NCBI GenBank assembly: GCA_963661445.1
Contig: CAVLCG010000002.1
Span: 5,719-47,503 of the forward strand
Direction: 5' to 3'
DNA length: 41,785 nt
Origin: a bacterium
Lineage (GTDB): Bacteria; Bacillota_I; Bacilli_A; RF39; UBA660
The notes under the pieces were generated by a model. It was not told the DNA's origin. It did not search any database and worked only from the letters and a program-made list of their open reading frames with translations. Position numbers and translations under genes: made by a program. Of this stretch, positions 27,402 to 34,234 are shown piece by piece. Every line of letters begins with the position of its first letter. The first letter of the stretch is position 1.

Positions 27402-28815
27402 ATATTTAGATTTAAGTTTAGAAGAAATTCACTCTTTATTAGTAGATAAGAAAATAACACCAGTAGATCTTGTTAAGGAGTCACTTGCAAGAATTGAAGA
27501 GAATAAAGACTTGAATGCTTTTATTACTATAAATGATAAAGCGATTGAAGAAGCTAGTAATTTAGGTGAGGTAGATAAAGATAATTTATTCTTTGGTATT
27601 CCTATTGCTATTAAAGATAATATTATGACTAAAGATTTAAGGACTACTTGTGCATCTAAAATGCTTGAAAATTTTATTCCTATTTATGATGCGACTGTTA
27701 TCAAGAAAATTAAAGATGCTAAAATGATTATTGTTGGAAAGACTAATATGGATGAGTTTGCTATGGGATCAACTAGTAGAACCAGTTACTTTGGAGCACC
27801 TAAAAATCCAGTAGATAGAACCTTAATAGCTGGGGGATCATCTGGTGGAAGTGCTGCTTGTGTTGCTAGTAATGAAACATTTTTAGCTCTTGGTAGTGAT
27901 ACCGGGGGAAGTATTAGACAACCTTCTAGTTACACAGGAATAGTAGGAATGAAACCAACTTATGGAAGAATTTCTCGTTATGGATTAGTTGCTTTTGCCT
28001 CAAGCTTAGACCAAATAGGACCAATGACTAGAAATGTCTTAGAAAATGCTAAGTTATTAAATGTTATAGTAGGAGAAGATAATAAAGACTTAACTAGTGC
28101 TAAAAAAGAGAAGGAAGACTTTACTAGAAAAATAAATACATCGGTTAAAGCTCTAAGAGTAGCTGTTCCTAATTACTTCATGAGTGATATAGTATCAAAT
28201 GAGATAAGAGAAGGAATTAAGAATGTTATTAAATTCTTAGAAGAAAATGGAGTAGTAGTTGATTATGTTGATATGAAATATCTTGATCAAGCAGTAACAT
28301 TATACCAAGTCATTGCTATGGGAGAAGCAAGTAGTAACTTAGCTCGTTTTGATGGGGTAAGATATGGATATAGAACAGAAAACTATAATAATCTAGAAGA
28401 GATGTATTTAAAAACTAGACAAGAAGGTTTTGGTAGAGAAGTTAAACGTCGTATTATGGTAGGAAGTTACTTACTAAGTGGAGCTAATGCTAAAGTATAT
28501 TATGATAAAGCTTTATCTATTCGTGATGATATTAAGAAAGAATTTGATAAGGTCTTTGCAAACTATGACTTAGTAATTGGACCAGTAACTACTACTACTG
28601 CTTATAAACTAGATAGTGATATGTCTGACCCGATGAAATCATTCTTAGATGATGTCTTAGTAATACCAGTTAATATGGCCGGTCTACCAGGACTTTCTCT
28701 TCCGGTAGCACCTAAATCTAGTAAACCATATGGATTACATATCATTGGTAATAGTTTTGATGAAGCGACAATCTATCAGTTAGCATCCTTTATAGAAGGG
28801 AGATATCAAAGATGA
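27394..28815 (+). CDS. gatA: Asp/Glu-tRNA amidotransferase subunit A
   Basis: Amidase signature GGSSGGSAA..GSDTGGSIRQP, KDNI and TNMDEFAMG. 473 aa. Confidence 0.95.
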   Translation: MNRYLDLSLEEIHSLLVDKKITPVDLVKESLARIEENKDLNAFITINDKAIEEASNLGEVDKDNLFFGIPIAIKDNIMTKDLRTTCASKMLENFIPIYDATVIKKIKDAKMIIVGKTNMDEFAMGSTSRTSYFGAPKNPVDRTLIAGGSSGGSAACVASNETFLALGSDTGGSIRQPSSYTGIVGMKPTYGRISRYGLVAFASSLDQIGPMTRNVLENAKLLNVIVGEDNKDLTSAKKEKEDFTRKINTSVKALRVAVPNYFMSDIVSNEIREGIKNVIKFLEENGVVVDYVDMKYLDQAVTLYQVIAMGEASSNLARFDGVRYGYRTENYNNLEEMYLKTRQEGFGREVKRRIMVGSYLLSGANAKVYYDKALSIRDDIKKEFDKVFANYDLVIGPVTTTTAYKLDSDMSDPMKSFLDDVLVIPVNMAGLPGLSLPVAPKSSKPYGLHIIGNSFDEATIYQLASFIEGRYQR

Positions 28816-30239
28816 GTGAATATAAAGCAACAATTGGTATTGAAGTACACGTTGAGGTAAAGAGTAATACTAAATTATTTTCAGATAGTAAAAATACTTA
28901 TGGAATGCCTACTAATACTTGTGTTAATCAAATAGACTTAGGCTATCCAGGAACTTTACCCACTTTAAATAAGGAAGTAATAAGACAAGGTATTAAAGCC
29001 TGTCATGTTCTACACTGTGATATTTCTAAAGTAATGCATTTTGATCGTAAGAACTATTTTTATCCAGATAATCCTAAGAACTATCAGATAACCCAGAATA
29101 GAACACCAATCGGTAGAAATGGCTACGTTGAAATAGAAGTAGATGGTAAGAAGAAAAAAATAGAAATAGAAGAGATGCATATCGAAGAAGATACTTGTAA
29201 GAGTGCCCATCGAGGAGACATTAGTTTACTAGACTTTAATAGAGCAGGGGTACCACTAATCGAAATAGTAACAAAACCTTGTATTAGTAGTAGTGAAGAA
29301 GCGATGAAATATTTAGAAAAATTAAAAGAGATACTTTTCTATGCTGATATATCAGACTGTAAGATGGAAGAAGGAAGCATGCGATGTGATGCTAACGTAT
29401 CTATTTCTAAGACTGATAAGTTAGGTGTTAAAACAGAGATTAAGAATATTGGCTCTATTCATAATGTCGGACTTAGTCTAGATAAAGAGATTGCAAGACA
29501 TAAAGAATTACTTGATAAAGGTGAAACCTTAAGGGAAGAGACAAGAAGATTTGATAGTAAGAAAAATGATACTATCTTAATGCGTGTTAAAGAAACTGGT
29601 AATGATTATCGTTATTTCCCAGAACCAGATATTCCTTATCTTTATCTAACCGATGAAATGATTAATTCTTCAATTGCAGAAATTCCATTACTTCCTGATG
29701 AGTTAAGAAGTTTATATAGAGAAAAAGGTATTAAGGAAAGTCAAATAGAAAAGATTATTTCTAATAGAAGTTTTTCATCATTCTTTACACCACTACTTAA
29801 TACTAAAACTAATTATCAAGTAGCAGCTAACTTATTACTAGGTGATATAGCATCATACTTAAATAGAACTAGAAAAGAGTTAAGGGATACTTTACTTACT
29901 ACTGAAAGATTAGTTAGTTTAATAGCTAAAATAGATGATGGTAGTCTATCTATGACTAATATTAAAGATTTAATTGATATGTTCTTAGAAGAAGATAAAT
30001 CTATTGATGAAATTATGAAGGAAAAGAATATTCAAAATATAAAAGATGACTCTTTAATAAAAGATATTATCAAGAAAGTAATTGATAATAACTCTGAAAG
30101 TGTAAATGACTATAAGAGTGGCCATGATAGAGCTTTAAAATACTTGATGGGACAAGTGATGAAAGAGTCTAAAGGACAAGTTAATCCTGCTCTTGCTAAT
30201 AAATTATTAAAAGAGGAACTTGATAGATATGGTATGTAA
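28812..30239 (+). CDS. gatB: Asp/Glu-tRNA amidotransferase subunit B
   Basis: IGIEVHVEV, GYPGTLP, FDRKNYFYPD, RCDANVS and YRYFPEPD, with a C-terminal YqeY-like tail. 475 aa. ATGA overlap with gatA. Confidence 0.95.
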   Translation: MSEYKATIGIEVHVEVKSNTKLFSDSKNTYGMPTNTCVNQIDLGYPGTLPTLNKEVIRQGIKACHVLHCDISKVMHFDRKNYFYPDNPKNYQITQNRTPIGRNGYVEIEVDGKKKKIEIEEMHIEEDTCKSAHRGDISLLDFNRAGVPLIEIVTKPCISSSEEAMKYLEKLKEILFYADISDCKMEEGSMRCDANVSISKTDKLGVKTEIKNIGSIHNVGLSLDKEIARHKELLDKGETLREETRRFDSKKNDTILMRVKETGNDYRYFPEPDIPYLYLTDEMINSSIAEIPLLPDELRSLYREKGIKESQIEKIISNRSFSSFFTPLLNTKTNYQVAANLLLGDIASYLNRTRKELRDTLLTTERLVSLIAKIDDGSLSMTNIKDLIDMFLEEDKSIDEIMKEKNIQNIKDDSLIKDIIKKVIDNNSESVNDYKSGHDRALKYLMGQVMKESKGQVNPALANKLLKEELDRYGM

Positions 30240-30750
30240 TTATAAAATAAGAGTTACCCTTGAAGGGGTTGAAAAACAAATTAAAAGAGTATTTATAATA
30301 AACGAAAATGTCAAAATAGTTGATTTTTGTAAAGCTGTTATAATTAGTATGAATGGTTCTTTAGAGCATTTGTATGAACTTAAATATAAAAACAAATATT
30401 ACATTTGTGACTATATGGAGAAAAACGGTTTTGATGAAATAAAGATGCGTAGTCAAAGGATTGGCGTTCTAGTTTTAGGTGAAAAAGATAAACTAGAACT
30501 AACATATGATTTTGGGGATAACTGGGTGTTTAAAATAGATGTTGTTAAGGTTACCTCAGGACATCATGAAAAAAATATTGATTTAATTGATGGTATAGGT
30601 AGAGGAATAGAAGAAGACTGTGGTGGAGTTTGGGGTCTAGAACAGTTAATAGACAATAAAGAAAATGACTGGGATTATGATTATAATGACTTTAATTTAA
30701 AAGAAATGAGTGATAAACTAGATAGATTATTTAATAAAGTGGTGAGGTGA
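30229..30750 (+). CDS. pRiA4b ORF-3-like (MM3350-like) domain protein
   Basis: The ORF track starts at TTG 30220. The ATG at 30229 lies 11 nt after AGAGGA and overlaps the end of gatB. YKIRVTLEGVEKQIKRVFII, HLYEL and YDFGDNWVFKIDV follow the family's signature order as I recall it. Confidence 0.62.
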   Translation: MVCNYKIRVTLEGVEKQIKRVFIINENVKIVDFCKAVIISMNGSLEHLYELKYKNKYYICDYMEKNGFDEIKMRSQRIGVLVLGEKDKLELTYDFGDNWVFKIDVVKVTSGHHEKNIDLIDGIGRGIEEDCGGVWGLEQLIDNKENDWDYDYNDFNLKEMSDKLDRLFNKVVR

Positions 30751-30754
30751 AACT

Positions 30755-31477
30755 ATGGATACAGAAAAGATAGCTACTATGCTAATTGAAATGAATAAAA
30801 TGTTGTTGGGCAAAAAAGCATACATAAAAAAATATAAAAAATTAAGAAAGTTGCATAGTGAGATCCTTGCTAGTATGAATGATTATATGTTTACTGGTAA
30901 ATATAATATAAATGAACATTCTGATTCGATTTCTTATGATTTGGCTAAAGAAATACCAAATGTAGATCTTACATTGGATTTTAGAAATCCTGATGATATA
31001 ACTATACTTGATGAATTGTTCATATACAGAAATCATCCCGAGATAGTATCGTTAACAGATATATATTTAAGGAATAATAAGTTTAGAAATAAGGATAAAG
31101 TAAAACTACTAGAATGTATGAGAGATTCCTATGTTAGTTTATTTAAAATAGTAGATATTGATTTCAGTAGTGGTTATGTAACTTATGAAGATGTCTTTAC
31201 AAAGAAAAAATATAAAATTATTGATATTGCTATGAGCAGTACCATGAAAGTTGATAAGAAATTAACAATTTATTTCTATAATAGAATAATTACATTTGAT
31301 GATATATCATTTGGTACTGGTATGCATTGTGTGATGACTTCTGATAATAAACAATTAATGGAGTTCTTAAAGAAACATAAAAATAAAGAACGTAGTGACT
31401 TTGCTAGATGTATTTTATTGTACAATATAGCTAAAAATGAAGATGTATTTAAAATGAATTATAATAATAGTTATTAA
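30755..31477 (+). CDS. Hypothetical protein (240 aa, no recognisable domain)
   Basis: It starts 4 nt after the upstream stop and has a GAGGTGA RBS. No antisense alternative competes with it. It is lysine- and asparagine-rich and has no TM segment or signal peptide. Confidence 0.6.
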   Translation: MDTEKIATMLIEMNKMLLGKKAYIKKYKKLRKLHSEILASMNDYMFTGKYNINEHSDSISYDLAKEIPNVDLTLDFRNPDDITILDELFIYRNHPEIVSLTDIYLRNNKFRNKDKVKLLECMRDSYVSLFKIVDIDFSSGYVTYEDVFTKKKYKIIDIAMSSTMKVDKKLTIYFYNRIITFDDISFGTGMHCVMTSDNKQLMEFLKKHKNKERSDFARCILLYNIAKNEDVFKMNYNNSY

Positions 31478-31490
31478 TATATAATTGATT

Positions 31491-31512
31491 AGCACTTTAT
31501 AGTGCTTTTTTC
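31491..31512 (+). terminator. Rho-independent terminator ending the gatCAB-extended operon
   Basis: agcact (31491-31496), loop ttat, agtgct (31501-31506), then TTTTTT. Confidence 0.55.
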
Positions 31513-31528
31513 TATAATTTATTTAAAA

Positions 31529-31594
31529 ATCAGCAATTAACCGAAAAATAATCAGCAATTAACCGAAAAGTAATCATCAACTAACCGAAAATGT
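31529..31594 (+). repeat. Three contiguous 22-bp direct repeats (iteron- or operator-like)
   Basis: atcagcaattaaccgaaaaata / atcagcaattaaccgaaaagta / atcatcaactaaccgaaaatgt. Copies 1 and 2 differ at 1 position. Copy 3 differs at about 4 positions. Confidence 0.9.
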
Positions 31595-31623
31595 TTGATT
31601 ATTTTAGAAAAAATACGTATAAC
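31595..31623 (+). promoter_or_regulatory. Putative promoter of the ATPase gene, directly abutting the 22-bp repeats
   Basis: TTGATT (31595-31600), a 17-nt spacer, then TATAAC (31618-31623). The AAGGGG RBS and the GTG at 31646 lie downstream. Confidence 0.45.
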
Positions 31624-31645
31624 TGTAAATGTAAGGGGTGATTCT

Positions 31646-32920
31646 GTGAGAGAGTATAGAGCAAGAATTATTGATACAATGCTTGAAAGAAAGTTAAAAG
31701 GTAAGGGAGTAGTTTTAATAGAAGGTCCAAGGTTGTGTGGAAAGACAACCACAGTTGAGCAAATTTCCAAAAGTGTTTTGTACATGGCAAAACCTGAAGA
31801 TAAAGAACAAAATCTAATGTTAGCAGATATTAATCCAAGTCTATTATTAAATGGTGATGTTCCAAGACTAATAGATGAGTGGCAATTAGCACCAAAGTTG
31901 TGGGATGCTGTTAGATTTGAAGTTGACCATAGGGACGAAGAGGGACAATTTATTTTAACTGGATCGGCTGTACCAGCTAATATGGATAGTGTGAGTCATA
32001 CAGGTACTGGAAGATTTTCTTGGTTAACAATGAGACCGATGACTTTATTTGAATCCGGAGAATCAAATGGTGAAATAAGTTTAAAAGAATTATTTTTAAA
32101 TCCAAATAAAATAAGTGCATTAAATTCTCTGTCTCTAGAAAATATTGCCTTTTTATGTTGTAGGGGTGGTTGGCCAAGAAGTATTTTTATGGAAAGAGAT
32201 GTCGCTTTAGAACAGGCCTATGATTATTATGATGCAGTAATAAATTCTGATATTTCAAGAGTTGATGGTATTAGTCGTTCACCAGAAAGAGCAAGAAATT
32301 TAATGAGAAGCTATTCTAGAAATATTGGAACTCAAGCAAATAATGAAACACTTAAGAAAGATATGATAAAAAATGATTCTGCATCTTTAGATGCAGATAC
32401 TGTTCTTTCTTATGTTAATGCTTTAAAAAGAATTTTTATAGTAGAAGAAAGTCCTGCTTGGAATCCTAATTTACGAAGTAAGATTGCCACAAGAACTTCA
32501 GATACAAGATATTTTGTTGATCCCTCAATAGGGGTAGCTGCATTAGGAATAGGACCAAATGATTTGATCAACGATTTAAGAACTTTTGGATTAATGTTTG
32601 AATCATTATGCATAAGAGATTTAAGAGTGTATGCAGAAGCTAATAATGGAAAAGTGTATCATTATAGAGATTCATCTGATTTAGAGTGTGATGCTGTTAT
32701 ACATTTAAGAGATGGTTCTTATGGATTAATAGAAATAAAATTAGGTGGAGATAAATTAATTCAAGAAGGAGCAGAAAACTTAATAAAACTTCATGATAAG
32801 ATAGATACAGAGACAATGAAAAATCCATCATTTATGATGGTTCTAACTGCTACAGGTAATTATGCTTATAAAAGAGAAGATGGGGTATTTGTTGTTCCTA
32901 TTGGATGCTTAAAGGATTAA
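31646..32920 (+). CDS. AAA+ ATPase with a C-terminal DUF4143-type (PD-(D/E)xK-like) domain (COG1373 family)
   Basis: The ORF-track ATG at 31595 lies inside the predicted -35. The GTG at 31646 lies 7 nt after AAGGGG and gives VREYRARIIDTMLERKL.. Walker A is GPRLCGKTT and Walker B is RLIDEWQ. The C-terminal SDLECDAVIHLRDGSYGLIEIKLGG carries a D..ExK nuclease-fold-like motif. Confidence 0.82.
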   Translation: MREYRARIIDTMLERKLKGKGVVLIEGPRLCGKTTTVEQISKSVLYMAKPEDKEQNLMLADINPSLLLNGDVPRLIDEWQLAPKLWDAVRFEVDHRDEEGQFILTGSAVPANMDSVSHTGTGRFSWLTMRPMTLFESGESNGEISLKELFLNPNKISALNSLSLENIAFLCCRGGWPRSIFMERDVALEQAYDYYDAVINSDISRVDGISRSPERARNLMRSYSRNIGTQANNETLKKDMIKNDSASLDADTVLSYVNALKRIFIVEESPAWNPNLRSKIATRTSDTRYFVDPSIGVAALGIGPNDLINDLRTFGLMFESLCIRDLRVYAEANNGKVYHYRDSSDLECDAVIHLRDGSYGLIEIKLGGDKLIQEGAENLIKLHDKIDTETMKNPSFMMVLTATGNYAYKREDGVFVVPIGCLKD

Positions 32921-33016
32921 TAGATAAAACATATATATGTTGCAAATAAATATAATTTGAGTACAAATATTGCATTACATTGCAAAAAATAACATGTTAT
33001 CATTAATTTAGTCAAT

Positions 33017-33148
33017 CGCTATGATAGAAAATTAATATTTAGAAAAATTAAAAAATGGAAAGATAAAGATTTAATTAAAATAATAACAGGTATAATATGT
33101 TGTGACAAATCACAACTGTTTGAATTATATATATACTACTTAATATAG
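33017..33148 (+). pseudogene. Decayed N-terminal fragment of a second COG1373-type AAA ATPase
   Basis: The frame reads RYDRKLIFRKIKKWKDKDLIKIITGIICCDKSQLFELYIYYLI* and has no ATG. It resembles the family N-terminus ..DK.LIKVITGIRRCGKSTLLE.Y, with the Walker A GKS degraded to DKS and a premature stop. Confidence 0.4.
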
Positions 33149-33224
33149 GGAAAATTAATGTTCTTGATTGGTTACTTGGTGAAAAAAAGTAATTTAGTGC
33201 TAACTTGGTTTAGTGCTTTTTTTC

Positions 33225-33252
33225 TTGATTATTTTTGATTTTTGACTATAAT
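33225..33252 (+). promoter_or_regulatory. Putative promoter of the amidoligase-Fic bicistron
   Basis: TTGATT (33225-33230), a 16-nt spacer, then consensus TATAAT (33247-33252). The AAGAGGGG RBS precedes the ATG at 33282. Confidence 0.45.
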
Positions 33253-33281
33253 ATATAGCATCTAAAGAGGGGATACTAGAT

Positions 33282-34220
33282 ATGAGTAGTGATAAATTAT
33301 CAAAACTAAGTAAAAAATCATTAGATGAATACTTTGAAAATCTCAGTAAACAACAACTGTATTATCGTGATAGTCTTTCTTTACCGGAGTTTGCTACATT
33401 TGGTGTAGAAATAGAATATGAAAAATTTAAGAAGGAAAAAGTAGATAATTTTACTAGAAAAAATCTTAAAAAATGGCAATCAAAAGATGATGTAACTCTA
33501 AGAAGAGGAGGAGAAGTATCTTCTCCAATACTTACTGATACTCTTACTACTTGGAAAGAACTTAGAGAAATATGTAGTTATCTAAGAAAAAATAATGTCT
33601 ATACTAAGGGAAATGCAGGTGGACATATTCATGTAGGTGCGCATATAATGAATGCTGATTTGGAATCTTGGAGATGCTTTCTTAAAACCTATATGATTTA
33701 TGAAAATGAATTTGTTTATTTCCTAAATGGAAAAAGTAAATTACCTAGAAGAACAATGCCTGAGTATGCTAAATTAGTTAGTTCTACTTATTATAAACGA
33801 CTTGATGATATTAATGAAGCCAGAGACTTATCAGAACTTTATTATCCAATTATACTATCTAAGAAAAATGCTTTGTCATTTTATTATACTAAAATCGGAA
33901 ATACTCATCGTGATGTATATAATACAGTGGAGTTTAGAAGCCCTAATGGTACTGACAATGAGTTAATTTGGCAAAATAATGTAAATACTGTTACTAAATT
34001 AATGTTAGCAGCAAGAAATAAAAATATAGATGAAGACTTTCTAGATTATAAATTAGAAAGAGAACCAGCTAAATTTACTGATATAGCCAAGGCCTTAGAA
34101 GTAGCAGATATAATATTTGATAATGATTTAGATAAGATGTATTTCTTAAAACAATATAAAAAAGACTTTTCTTTTGTTGAAGAAAAAAGAGGGAAAGTAA
34201 AAGTTATGTCTTTTAAGTAA
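33282..34220 (+). CDS. Amidoligase_2-like protein (putative ATP-dependent carboxylate-amine ligase, glutamine-synthetase/GCS2-like fold)
   Basis: The motif order FGVEIEYE .. DVTLRRGGEVSSPILTD .. W.ELREIC .. GGHIHVGA .. LPRRTMPEYA .. NTVEFRSPNGT matches the 'putative amidoligase enzyme' family as I recall it. Confidence 0.68.
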   Translation: MSSDKLSKLSKKSLDEYFENLSKQQLYYRDSLSLPEFATFGVEIEYEKFKKEKVDNFTRKNLKKWQSKDDVTLRRGGEVSSPILTDTLTTWKELREICSYLRKNNVYTKGNAGGHIHVGAHIMNADLESWRCFLKTYMIYENEFVYFLNGKSKLPRRTMPEYAKLVSSTYYKRLDDINEARDLSELYYPIILSKKNALSFYYTKIGNTHRDVYNTVEFRSPNGTDNELIWQNNVNTVTKLMLAARNKNIDEDFLDYKLEREPAKFTDIAKALEVADIIFDNDLDKMYFLKQYKKDFSFVEEKRGKVKVMSFK

Positions 34221-34234
34221 AGGAGTGATTATTA

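Noticed and set aside
31529-31594. Whether the 22-bp repeats form a small CRISPR array.
   Set aside because: The copies are directly contiguous with no spacers, there are only three of them, and no cas genes or leader are present. They are better described as tandem operator- or iteron-like repeats.
1592-32613. Seventeen short minus-strand ORFs from the six-frame track (1592-1783, 6655-6837, 7908-8141, 9367-9564, 13188-13496, 15260-15724, 18465-18704, 19757-19990, 20031-20216, 23000-23227, 23527-23724, 27248-27460, 29010-29210, 30842-31036, 31552-31785, 31977-32177, 32410-32613).
   Set aside because: Nearly all lie antisense inside + strand genes that have strong family motifs. The exceptions are 20031-20216, which spans a gene junction, and 31552-31785, which extends into the repeat/promoter region. 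Their translations are low-complexity I/F/L/K/N-rich strings with no RBS context. Such shadow ORFs are expected by chance in AT-rich DNA.
33190-33222. Repeated ttagtgct motifs followed by a T run (similar to the tail of the 31491 terminator) as a terminator or att-like repeat.
   Set aside because: The two ttagtgct copies are direct repeats, not inverted. The only stems I could draw are 3-4 bp. The similarity to 31501-31512 is short (agtgcttttt) and could be coincidental.
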